Positions 16,459 to 24,938 of a stretch of 64,000 nt of DNA are shown here, in pieces. The position numbers and the translations under genes were made by a program. The stretch spans positions 1,963-65,962 of the forward strand of contig JAHJIY010000004.1 of assembly GCA_018823175.1 (NCBI GenBank), given 5' to 3'. Source of the stretch: Pseudomonadota bacterium. GTDB lineage: Bacteria > Desulfobacterota > Desulfobulbia > Desulfobulbales > JAHJIY01. The notes under the pieces are model-generated. The model worked only from the letters and a program-made list of their open reading frames with translations, was not told the origin of the DNA and made no database searches. The first letter of the stretch is position 1. Each line of letters begins with the position of its first letter.

Positions 16459-17643
16459 ATGAAAATCACCGAAAAAAACGGTGAACCGGCCCTGATCGTT
16501 GAATACCATGACGAACGGGAAGACTTTAACGGCTGGCTGGTTATCGATGCCCTTGATTATCGGCTCTGTGCCGGCGGCATGCGGGTCCAACCGGGGCTGA
16601 GCCGGGAACATCTGATTGAAATGGCCCGCAACATGACCCGTAAAATGCGGATGGCAAATCTGCGGGTAAACGGGGCCAAATCCGGAATCGACTATGATCC
16701 GGCCAATCCCGGGAAACAGGCCGCCATTACCCGGTTCATGCAGGCGATCAAAAGCCAGATCCAGGAACGTTATTCGATGGGACCGGACCTGAACGTCGAA
16801 ATGTCGGAGCTGGAAAAGGCCGGGCGGGAGATCGGCCTGCCGTCGGTCAAGATGGCGATCGCCGCCGCCCAGAATTGGGAGATGGAATACTACCTGCAAC
16901 GGGCCTCAATTCTCTCGGCAAAAATAGACAATTGGTCTCTGGGCAGATTACGGGCTGGTTACGGGGTGGCCGCCGCAGTCCTTTCGGTGCTGGACTACTC
17001 GGGAATACCACCAGCAAATGCCACCCTGGCCATCCAGGGTTTCGGCACCCTGGCCAAGGCTGCGGCATACGGCCTAATCAGGGCCGGAGCAAAAATAATC
17101 GCCATTGCCGACCGTGAAAAATGCCTGGTCGCCAAGGACGGTCACAGCCTGAATATGGAGCTACTGCTGCAGGTCAAGGGAGGATTACTTCCCGCCTCCG
17201 GCCATGGCGACCATGTTGAGATTTTCGCCAAAGAAAAAATTACCGAGATTAATTGCGACATTCTGGTGCCGGCTGCGGTGGAAAATACGATCACCGGGGC
17301 AATCGCCAGCAACCTGCCGGTCAAAATCGTGGTGCCCGGAGCCAACCTGGCGGTCTCGGCTGAGGCAGTGGAAATTCTATATGAACGCGGCATTATAGTC
17401 CTGCCTGATTTTCTGGCCGGCAGCGGCGGCTCGTTATCGATGGAAGGACTTTTCGGCCCGGCTGAACATCCGGAGCCGCTCGCGGTCTTAAACCACGTGA
17501 AAACCAGGATGGACGAACTGGTCCTTGAGGTCCTTAACCGCAGTATTGCCGCCCGGATCAATCCAACGGAAGCGGCCCTGCTGATCTGCGGAGAACGACA
17601 AAAAACTCCGGGAACAAGACCATACGGCAATCCCGAAGGTTAA
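16459..17643 (+). CDS. Glu/Leu/Phe/Val-type amino-acid dehydrogenase (LeuDH/PheDH-like)
   Basis: 394-aa ORF. LVIDALDYRLCAGGMRV matches the GPAxGGxR-type motif. VNGAKSGIDYDP is the catalytic-Lys block. IQGFGTLAKAAAYGLIRAGAKIIAIADRE is a Rossmann dinucleotide fold. An AAGG ribosome-binding site lies 8 nt upstream of the ATG. Confidence 0.8.
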   Translation: MKITEKNGEPALIVEYHDEREDFNGWLVIDALDYRLCAGGMRVQPGLSREHLIEMARNMTRKMRMANLRVNGAKSGIDYDPANPGKQAAITRFMQAIKSQIQERYSMGPDLNVEMSELEKAGREIGLPSVKMAIAAAQNWEMEYYLQRASILSAKIDNWSLGRLRAGYGVAAAVLSVLDYSGIPPANATLAIQGFGTLAKAAAYGLIRAGAKIIAIADREKCLVAKDGHSLNMELLLQVKGGLLPASGHGDHVEIFAKEKITEINCDILVPAAVENTITGAIASNLPVKIVVPGANLAVSAEAVEILYERGIIVLPDFLAGSGGSLSMEGLFGPAEHPEPLAVLNHVKTRMDELVLEVLNRSIAARINPTEAALLICGERQKTPGTRPYGNPEG

Positions 17644-17685
17644 GAAAAAATCGCTAATTGGCCCATTGTTTCGGATATTATTTTT

Positions 17686-17853
17686 ATTAGGTTGAAGGTT
17701 GAAGGTATAAGGCTTAAGTTATAAGACTGAAGATAAAGGTAGATTTTTTTTAATTTCCTTCAGCCTTCTACCTTCAACCTTCAACCTTCAACCTTCAACC
17801 TTCAACCTTCAACCTTCTACCTTCAACCTTCAACCTTCTACCTTCAACCTCCA
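17686..17853. repeat. Inverted heptad repeat: a degenerate (TGAAGGT)n left arm and an (ACCTTCA)14 right arm
   Basis: The left arm runs 17686-17740 (ATTAGGT TGAAGGT TGAAGGT ATAAGGC TTAAGTT ...). The right arm runs 17756-17853, with 14 phased units ending in ACCTCCA. Nucleotides 17690-17713 (GGTTGAAGGTTGAAGGTATAAGGC) are complementary to 17763-17786 at 23 of 24 positions. Confidence 0.9.
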
Positions 17854-17867
17854 TCAAGAGATCAACC

Positions 17868-19247
17868 ATGCCGGCCCATCCCATAGACTTCCTGATCCAG
17901 GCCAACACCTTCTCCACTCCGGAACTGCTCGCTGTTTTTGACGAAAAAACCAGGTTCCGGCGCTGGCTGCAATTCGAAGCCGCCCTGGCCGCAACTCAGG
18001 GGGAACTCGGCATTATTCCTCGGGAAGCAGCCCTGGAAATAGAAAAAAAGTCAAGCCTGGAACAGCTGGATCTGGCCGCAGTCGCCGAATCATACAAAAA
18101 AAGCCGCAACTCGGTACTGCCGGTAATCAAGGAACTCAGAGCGGCTTGCCAGGGAACGGCGGGAGAATATGTTCATTACGGCGCAACCACCCAGGACGTA
18201 CTGGATACCGGGCAAGCCCTTGAGCTAAAAGACGCAACGCAAATCATCTACCGGGATTTACGCCAACTGGAGCAAAATCTGCTGATCATGGCCGAGCAAC
18301 ACAAATCAACTCCAATGATCGGCCGGACCCACGGCCAGCAGGCACTACCCATCACCTTCGGGTTTAAGGCGGCGATCTGGATTTCTGAAATCCGTCGACA
18401 CATCGAAAGACTTAAAACAATATTTCCCCGGATCATCATCGGCCAACTAAGCGGCGCGGTCGGCACCATGGCTGCCCTCGGCCCGCAGGCCCAGGAAACG
18501 GCACGCAAAACCATGACCCGACTGGGGCTTAATTATTCAGCCATTGCCTGGCATACGGCCCGGGACAATATGGCCGAGACCGCCGGCTTGTTCGCGATGA
18601 TCGCCACCTCGCTTGAAAAATTCGCCAATGAGATATTCGAACTTGGCAAAACCGAGATCGGCGAATTGCGTGAACCGGCTCCGCAATCCGCGATGAGCAG
18701 CAGCACCATGCCCCATAAACGCAACCCGGTCATCTGCCAACGGATATCGGTCCTGGCCAGACATGTGAGGGCCTTAAACGGCGTGGTGCTTGAGGCCATG
18801 GTCCATGAACACGAACGTGACGCACGGGCCTTGTGGGCCGAATCTCTGGCCCTGCCCCAAATCTCTGTTTACACCGGCACCGCTGTCCATTATATTAATC
18901 AAGTTGTGACCGGGCTGGAAATCAACCCGGAACGAATGTTGCAGAATCTTTATCTGCATAAAGAAATGGCCGTCTCCGAATGGCTGATGTTTAAGCTGGC
19001 CCAGCATATCGGTCGGACCAAGGCCCAGAGCTTGGTCCACAAACTGAGTAACCAGACCTACGTTTCCGGCCAAAGCTTAAAAGAACTATTACTTGAAGAT
19101 CAGGAAACCGCCTCGCTGCTTAGCGCCAAGGACATGGACTTTCTTGATCATCCGGAAAAATATACAGGTCAAGCCATTAATCTTACCGACCAGATGATTG
19201 CCGCCACCCGGCAAAAAAGAAATAATGACCCGGAGCTTCTCAAATAG
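17868..19247 (+). CDS. Fumarate-lyase superfamily protein, adenylosuccinate lyase / 3-carboxymuconate cycloisomerase (PcaB)-like, paralog 1
   Basis: 459-aa ORF with the signature SSSTMPHKRNP (GSSxMPxKxN), plus GATTQDVLDT and GRTHGQQALPITFG. Confidence 0.8.
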   Translation: MPAHPIDFLIQANTFSTPELLAVFDEKTRFRRWLQFEAALAATQGELGIIPREAALEIEKKSSLEQLDLAAVAESYKKSRNSVLPVIKELRAACQGTAGEYVHYGATTQDVLDTGQALELKDATQIIYRDLRQLEQNLLIMAEQHKSTPMIGRTHGQQALPITFGFKAAIWISEIRRHIERLKTIFPRIIIGQLSGAVGTMAALGPQAQETARKTMTRLGLNYSAIAWHTARDNMAETAGLFAMIATSLEKFANEIFELGKTEIGELREPAPQSAMSSSTMPHKRNPVICQRISVLARHVRALNGVVLEAMVHEHERDARALWAESLALPQISVYTGTAVHYINQVVTGLEINPERMLQNLYLHKEMAVSEWLMFKLAQHIGRTKAQSLVHKLSNQTYVSGQSLKELLLEDQETASLLSAKDMDFLDHPEKYTGQAINLTDQMIAATRQKRNNDPELLK

Positions 19248-20690
19248 ATGACCCAGTGCCAGTCCCTACATAGCCATATCGTTGACTCACCTTTCTACGG
19301 CCAAGGGTATAGTACAAGAGAGGCCCGCCAGGTATTCTGCGCTTTTCGCAGGCTGCAACGATGGCTGGAAGTGGAGACAGCCCTGGCCGCAAGCCAGGCG
19401 GAGCTAGGGATCATCCCGGCCCATATCCATGTTCAGCTCAAAAAAACCGCCGATTTGGGCCTGATGGACCTTGAGGCAATCAAGGCCGATATCGCCAACA
19501 CCGGACACTCCTTAATCCCTCTGCTAAATGCATGGCAGGGTGTTTCGGATCAGGAAGCGGCAAAATACATCCACTTTGGAGCCACTACCCAGGACATTCA
19601 GGACACCGCCCAATCCCTTGAGTTACGAGAGATCATCTCCATCCTGGAGCGGGACCTACGAATCGTAATTCAAGAACTGAGCCGACTATCGCAAGAACAT
19701 AGTGAACTGGTCATTATCGGCCGGACCCACGGCCAACATGCCCTGCCGACCACTCTTGGCCTGAAATTCGCAATCTGGCTCGACGAAATGCTGCGTAACG
19801 CCCAAAGACTTGCCGAATGTAAAAAACGATTGCTGGTCAGCCAACTGTTCGGCGGAGTAGGAACGATGGATGCCTTTGGCGAAAAAGGTCCTCAATTGCT
19901 TGACTTATTTTCAGCCCAGCTTGGCCTTGCTCCCGCCGCAACCGCCTGGCACACATCCCGGGATCGATTGGCTGAGTTCCTGTCCACCCTGGCAATTATC
20001 ACCGGCACCCTGGCCAAAATAGCCAACGAGATATGCCAACTGGCCCGCGACGAAATCGGCGAACTGGAAGAACCTTTTCACATGGGCAAGATCGGCAGCA
20101 CCACCATGCCCCATAAACGTAATCCTGAATTATGCGAACAGGTAGTGGTCCTGGCCAAACTGGTTAAATCATCGGCCAGCCTGGGTTTTGATGGACTAAT
20201 CAATGAACACGAGCGTGATTATCGGGCCGTAAGGCTGGAGTGGGTGACTCTCGCCGATGCCTCCCTCTACACCTGCGGCGCTTTCGAACTGATGAAGAAT
20301 ATCCTGCAAAAACTTGTGGTGCGCCATGATAACGTGGGCCGAAATCTTGAAAAGTCTGCTTGCCTGATCTCGACAGAAGTTTTAATGTTCATGCTGGGTG
20401 AAAAAATAGGCAAACAGAAAGCGCACCAGCTTTTATACGAATTATCGATGAACTCCCGCAATAATGGACAAGCGTTAATTGATCTGTTGCTGGATAATCA
20501 AATAATCAAAGAAAATTTTGACTCGGCAGCCATTAAAGAAGCGGTTAATCCGGCCCATCATACCGGCTCTGCCTCCCTGTTGACCAAAAGAGTAATCGAC
20601 CGGGCAGAACAATGGTTATCAGAAAACGAAGTAAAAAACGATAAGTTAAGATGTCCGCTTAATGATAATTTATGCGGCTGTCGGGGTTAG
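19248..20690 (+). CDS. Fumarate-lyase superfamily protein, adenylosuccinate lyase / PcaB-like, paralog 2
   Basis: The ATG directly follows the TAG of paralog 1. Motifs are GSTTMPHKRNP, GATTQDIQDT and GRTHGQHALPTTLG. By eye it is roughly 40% identical to the upstream gene. Confidence 0.8.
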   Translation: MTQCQSLHSHIVDSPFYGQGYSTREARQVFCAFRRLQRWLEVETALAASQAELGIIPAHIHVQLKKTADLGLMDLEAIKADIANTGHSLIPLLNAWQGVSDQEAAKYIHFGATTQDIQDTAQSLELREIISILERDLRIVIQELSRLSQEHSELVIIGRTHGQHALPTTLGLKFAIWLDEMLRNAQRLAECKKRLLVSQLFGGVGTMDAFGEKGPQLLDLFSAQLGLAPAATAWHTSRDRLAEFLSTLAIITGTLAKIANEICQLARDEIGELEEPFHMGKIGSTTMPHKRNPELCEQVVVLAKLVKSSASLGFDGLINEHERDYRAVRLEWVTLADASLYTCGAFELMKNILQKLVVRHDNVGRNLEKSACLISTEVLMFMLGEKIGKQKAHQLLYELSMNSRNNGQALIDLLLDNQIIKENFDSAAIKEAVNPAHHTGSASLLTKRVIDRAEQWLSENEVKNDKLRCPLNDNLCGCRG

Positions 20691-20803
20691 ACCGACTCCG
20701 GCTGCATCGGACTAAGTTAAAAATTAACCTGCTCTCGTCCTCTCACTTCTGTTTTTAAACAGATGAATCGATCCGAGGGTCCTAATCAGGAGTATTTTCG
20801 GAC

Positions 20804-21745
20804 ATGGAATCAAGTTTAATGCTCTACGGCGGGGCTATCGTGCTCGGCGCCCTGCACGCTTTTGAGCCGGGACACGGCAAATCAATTATTGCCGCCTATA
20901 TGATCGGAACCAGAGGTCGAGCGATCGACGGGATTATCCTGGGACTAATCGTCACCTTTACCCACACCTTCAGCGTTATTATCCTCGGGATCCTGGCCAG
21001 CATCCTCTCCCAGTCATTTACCGATGACCAGCTTCACACCTGGATGGGACTGTTTTCTTCCATCCTGATTCTCATAGTCGGACTATGGATGCTGAAAGAC
21101 CGCTTAAAAGGGGCCGGCGGGCATAGCCATTTTCACTTTTTCTGCAAAGAACACAGCCATGACCACCATGCCGACCCACATGCGCACGCTCATGGCGCGC
21201 ACGATCATCACCAGCACGATGACCAGCATAGTCACAGCCATGACCACCATGCCGACCCACATGCGCACGCTCATGGCGCGCACGATCATCACCAGCACGA
21301 TGACCAGCATAGTCACAGCCATGATCATCATGACCACATGCATCACGATCACGACCATCATGATCACGACCATGCCTGCGACCACGATCACCACCAGCAC
21401 GAACCAGCCACCTCTGAAGGCGTTCAGCCGGAAAACAATATGTGGCGGCTGCTGATACTCGGAGTATCAGGTGGTCTGGTCCCCTGCCCACCGGCCATCG
21501 TCGCGCTGCTGGCAGCCATTGCCGCCGGTCGGATCGCTGAAGGTCTCACCGTAACGCTTTTCTTCAGTCTTGGCCTGGGACTGGTGATGATGACCATCGG
21601 CGTTGTTCTCTCGCAGGCCGGCAGATTGACCCAAAAAATCAGTGACAACCTTGATCTGGCCAGGAAATTCGGGATATTAAGCGCCGTTATCATCACGATA
21701 TTAGGCTTATACATGTTATTTCACTCATTAAAGAGTATTTTATAA
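20804..21745 (+). CDS. rcnA: Nickel/cobalt efflux protein of the NicO/RcnA family with a very long His-rich loop
   Basis: HAFEPGHGKS is the NicO signature. The ORF has about 6 hydrophobic helices. The central loop of about 95 aa is made almost entirely of H and D residues (HSHDHHADPHAHAHGAHDHHQHDDQ...). Confidence 0.8.
   Translation: MESSLMLYGGAIVLGALHAFEPGHGKSIIAAYMIGTRGRAIDGIILGLIVTFTHTFSVIILGILASILSQSFTDDQLHTWMGLFSSILILIVGLWMLKDRLKGAGGHSHFHFFCKEHSHDHHADPHAHAHGAHDHHQHDDQHSHSHDHHADPHAHAHGAHDHHQHDDQHSHSHDHHDHMHHDHDHHDHDHACDHDHHQHEPATSEGVQPENNMWRLLILGVSGGLVPCPPAIVALLAAIAAGRIAEGLTVTLFFSLGLGLVMMTIGVVLSQAGRLTQKISDNLDLARKFGILSAVIITILGLYMLFHSLKSIL
21152..21313 (+). repeat. Perfect 81-bp (27-codon) tandem duplication inside the rcnA His-rich loop
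   Basis: CACAGCCATGACCACCATGCCGACCCACATGCGCACGCTCATGGCGCGCACGATCATCACCAGCACGATGACCAGCATAGT occurs at 21152-21232 and again, identically, at 21233-21313. An 11-nt start of a third copy follows. Confidence 0.95.
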
Positions 21746-21856
21746 AAGAGAAGGTTAACTGGGCGACAACACTCCAATTATTGTGTAATTCTGAACAGTT
21801 ACCATACGGCAGTAATAAACAGTATTAAAATTTAATTGTTATCAAGAGGTAGTTTC

Positions 21857-22459
21857 ATGTTCGGCAAAAATTTATGTTTATGGCTAATCACCGCTCTGTT
21901 GATTATTTCAGTGGGCAGCGCCCAGGCTTGCGTCGGCAGAATTTTGTATGTAGGAGCGCTCGACACCCCTGATGGCCGGGTGATGGCAGAATTGCTCGTT
22001 CTGCTGATCAACGAACGGACCGGAACCAATGTTAAAATAAGATTTATGGATAATAATGACCAGCTCTACGCCGCTCTCAAAGCCCTTGACGAAAAAGACC
22101 GGATCGACATCATCGTTGAGGATACCGCCAATGCCATGGCCATTCTCAAACTGGAGAGGAAAAGCGATCTTGATGCCGAACTGACCGAGGCCAAGGAAAA
22201 TTATGAAAAGAAACTGGATATTATCTGGCTCAACCCATTTGGTTTTAAAAACAGGGGAGGCAAGGCTAATTCCACGATTAGCGCCCCGCTGGTCCGGCGA
22301 GATGTATTGACCAATTTCCCGTTGCTGCCCAGAGTGCTAAACAAATTAAGCGGGGCCATCTCGGATGAGACTTACACCGATCTGATCTCAAAAGCAAAAT
22401 CAGGCGACAAGGCAAAAAATATTGCCAAGGATTTTCTTAAAGAGAAAAAATTTATTTAA
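21857..22459 (+). CDS. Secreted OpuAC-like (glycine-betaine-type) substrate-binding domain protein
   Basis: I moved the start from the TTG at 21836 to the ATG at 21857, which has an AGAGG ribosome-binding site 7 nt upstream. The signal peptide is MFGKNLCLWLITALLIISVGSAQA. RILYVGALDTPDGRVMAELLVLLINERTG and IIWLNPFGFKN resemble the OpuAC family. The protein is short for that family. Confidence 0.5.
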   Translation: MFGKNLCLWLITALLIISVGSAQACVGRILYVGALDTPDGRVMAELLVLLINERTGTNVKIRFMDNNDQLYAALKALDEKDRIDIIVEDTANAMAILKLERKSDLDAELTEAKENYEKKLDIIWLNPFGFKNRGGKANSTISAPLVRRDVLTNFPLLPRVLNKLSGAISDETYTDLISKAKSGDKAKNIAKDFLKEKKFI

Positions 22460-22626
22460 ATTCTTAATACTCCCGTCGGATCAGACTGACACTGGATTTT
22501 TAAAAATTTCCCAGACAAATTTCATTATCAAAACCCACCAGGTGTGAATAGCACGATGCGTTTAAGATTTAATTTACTGCCGCCGACAACCGCCAGGATA
22601 ACTCAGGCAAATAAGGCCCGGGCCTG

Positions 22627-23184
22627 ATGATTTACGGCAACAATCAAAAAATTATCAGCACCCTGACCCTGCTACTCGCTTTAATCTTGCCTGGTATTGT
22701 CGAGGGCCACATCAGCGACAAATCCATGCCTCCTTCAGTCATGGAAATGGAATGCCGGATCTACCTGGAATTTAATCCCGGCGACACCAAGACCAGGAAC
22801 AAACTTGGGATGGCCCTGCTACAGCAGGAAAAACTTATAAAAGCGGAAAAGGAATTCAGGACCGTTCTGGACACTAAACCAGATGACTTTGATTCGTTAG
22901 ATGGAATTGGCCTGATCAGAAGCCGGCAAAAAGAATACTCGCAAGCGATAAAACTTTTTAAATCCGCCATTGAGATCCGAACTGACGACCCAATGGTCTA
23001 TTTCCACTTGGGCCAGGCCCTGGAGAATAACGGCCAGTTGGCAGAGGCCCTTGAGACCTACCAAAAAGCGGCTAAAATAAACGCGCAACAGCCAGCCTCC
23101 GAGACTAAAGAGACAAACAGCTCGGAAATCACCGACGCGATCACAAACGTCAGTTCAAAGCTGGCAACTACCACCAAGAAATAA
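22627..23184 (+). CDS. Secreted TPR-repeat protein
   Basis: 185-aa ORF with a hydrophobic N-terminus and three TPR-like units (KLGMALLQQEKLIKAEKEFRTVL, DGIGLIRSRQKEYSQAIKLFKSAI, YFHLGQALENNGQLAEALETYQKA). Confidence 0.7.
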   Translation: MIYGNNQKIISTLTLLLALILPGIVEGHISDKSMPPSVMEMECRIYLEFNPGDTKTRNKLGMALLQQEKLIKAEKEFRTVLDTKPDDFDSLDGIGLIRSRQKEYSQAIKLFKSAIEIRTDDPMVYFHLGQALENNGQLAEALETYQKAAKINAQQPASETKETNSSEITDAITNVSSKLATTTKK

Positions 23185-23199
23185 TCCAAAGGTTTGAAA

Positions 23200-24093
23200 A
23201 TGATCAAAAAACTGGCAATTTTTTTCGCGTTTCTTTCCCTGTTGTCCTGCTCCAATCAAACAAATAAGCAGGTAAAACCAACCTATCGCATCGGATACAT
23301 GATCTGCAACAGCGAAAAAGAAACCCTAAAGCGTTTCATACCTTTTACCGAGTATCTCAGCCAGAAAATGGACATTAATTTTGAGCTGGTTGCCCTTGAC
23401 ACCATTAACTTCACCAAAGAAATTGACAAACTGGACTTTGTTCACACCAACTCACTGCTATATGTAATCCTGAACCGGTTTCACGGGGTTGAGGTGCTGG
23501 CAGCCGAAAAAAAAGGCTCATTAGGATACAAGTCACAGGGTATTATCCTGGCCCTGAAAAAAAGCGGCCTGCAAAAGGTTGCCGACCTGAAGGGAAAAAC
23601 CATGATTTTTGGGCCGATGCTGGCCCCTACCGGCTTTATGAGCCAGGTTGACCTGCTGCAGCAAAATGGAATTGATCCGGAGCAGGACCTGGCCTTCTAT
23701 ACCATCCCCCGCGGTTCATTCAAACACGAAAAGGTCATTTACGGCGTGATGTTTGAGAAGTTTGCCGCCGGTGCCATTCCATTGGACGACCTGGAGATCA
23801 TGGCAGCCGACAACCGAATTGACCGGGAAGATTTTGTCATCCTGGGCAAAAGTGAGCCGATTCCCTATTGCAACTTTGCCGTAACTCAAAAAATAGATGA
23901 AGAACTGGCCGCCAGATTCAAAAAAGTTGTCCTGTCGATAACCGAAGACGACACGGTTGAAATTGACGGCGAACGGGTCAAGGTTCTGGAACGGGCCCTG
24001 GTCGACGGTTACGTGGACATTACCAACCAAGAGTTTGATATTGTCCGGGAAATGGCCAAAAGAACCAACATGCCGCCATACCAGAAGTATTAA
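23200..24093 (+). CDS. PhnD-like (phosphate/phosphonate ABC-type) periplasmic substrate-binding lipoprotein
   Basis: The ATG at 23200 has an AAAGG ribosome-binding site. The lipobox is LSLLSC. YRIGYMICNSEKETLKRFIPFTEYLSQKM, LKGKTMIFGPMLAPTGFMSQVDLL and AAGAIPLDDLE match PhnD-family blocks. No transporter permease or ATPase gene is adjacent. Confidence 0.7.
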   Translation: MIKKLAIFFAFLSLLSCSNQTNKQVKPTYRIGYMICNSEKETLKRFIPFTEYLSQKMDINFELVALDTINFTKEIDKLDFVHTNSLLYVILNRFHGVEVLAAEKKGSLGYKSQGIILALKKSGLQKVADLKGKTMIFGPMLAPTGFMSQVDLLQQNGIDPEQDLAFYTIPRGSFKHEKVIYGVMFEKFAAGAIPLDDLEIMAADNRIDREDFVILGKSEPIPYCNFAVTQKIDEELAARFKKVVLSITEDDTVEIDGERVKVLERALVDGYVDITNQEFDIVREMAKRTNMPPYQKY

Positions 24094-24148
24094 GTGATGA
24101 TCTGTCCACTATTGATATTCATGACGATACGTGATCAACATATTAAGA

Positions 24149-24183
24149 AGTGAAAAGTAACGAGTAAATAGTAACGAGTTTAC
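24149..24183. repeat. Dispersed heptad element (AGTGAAA AGTAACG AGTAAAT AGTAACG AGTTTAC), reverse orientation
   Basis: The 24-nt string AGTAACGAGTAAATAGTAACGAGT at 24156-24179 is identical to 53356-53379. TAAATAGTAAC lies at 24165-24175. Downstream, a degenerate CATTCGT CGTTGTT CCGCTCA stretch looks like a decayed GTCACT arm. Confidence 0.8.
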
Positions 24184-24314
24184 TTCCTTGGTTCCTCATC
24201 TTTTCCATTCGTCGTTGTTCCGCTCACGAGGATGTCTGCCGAAAAGGAATTAAAAAACCAGTAGTTTGGAAAGACGGCTAAAAACTGAGGGCTGATTGCT
24301 TTGTCTCTAAGACA

Positions 24315-24926
24315 CTAATCCGCAGCAGACGGTTCAACCACCATACTGCGCCGGATGAAATCGTATTTCACCGGTCCAATCCCGCTCACCTCAAGTAACT
24401 CTTCAAGCCGCAAGAACCCTCCCTTGGCCTCCCGAAGCTCGATGATCTTGTTAGCTAGCCCAGGACCAATTCCCCTTACCGTCATCAACAGATCTCTGTC
24501 GGCCTGATTAACCGGGAGTGGTCTGAAAAAAAACGGGGTCATGACCGGATTAATGGCAGAAAAACGGGGACGCTGATGATTTTCCAGGGAGACGGTCGAA
24601 AACGGGCCGAAATCAAACACCTCCCCTTCTTCAAGCTCCGGCGGCACCAAGCCTGCCATTTCATACAGATCAACCGCAGAGAAAGATTTAGGCAGCAAAT
24701 AGAGGTTGGATTGATCAAGGCCACCTTCAAGCCAGACAAGATTTGAATCGGCAAGCGACTGGTTATTTATCGGAGAAGTAATTAGCGGGGGGAAAATATC
24801 AAGATCAGCAAAATGTCTCATCAGGATCAAAAAGACAATAAGCAACAAGACCAGGGGACGCTGATCCCGGGTGACCCCGGGAGGAATAAAGGCGGCGGCA
24901 TACTTCGGGCCATCGGTCGAAAGCAT
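24315..24926 (-). CDS. ComEA-like helix-hairpin-helix DNA-binding protein
   Basis: 203-aa ORF with a TM segment (PLVLLLIVFLILM). The C-terminal tandem HhH reads LLMTVRGIGPGLANKIIELREAKGGFLRLEELLEVSGIGPVKYDFI. Confidence 0.6.
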   Translation of the reverse strand: MLSTDGPKYAAAFIPPGVTRDQRPLVLLLIVFLILMRHFADLDIFPPLITSPINNQSLADSNLVWLEGGLDQSNLYLLPKSFSAVDLYEMAGLVPPELEEGEVFDFGPFSTVSLENHQRPRFSAINPVMTPFFFRPLPVNQADRDLLMTVRGIGPGLANKIIELREAKGGFLRLEELLEVSGIGPVKYDFIRRSMVVEPSAAD

Positions 24927-24938
24927 CGGGGAATAACC

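Noticed and set aside
20691-20803. I looked for a NiCo (czcD-type) riboswitch upstream of the RcnA-like gene.
   Set aside because: I could not recognise the conserved four-way-junction core sequences by eye. A covariance-model scan (Rfam NiCo) would be needed, so I make no claim.
21072-21491. Three ORFs overlapping the rcnA His-rich loop (21072-21491 minus, 21104-21400 minus, 21159-21455 plus).
   Set aside because: They are alternative-frame or antisense readings of the CAY/GAY-rich repeat. The NicO signature and TM helices define the real frame.
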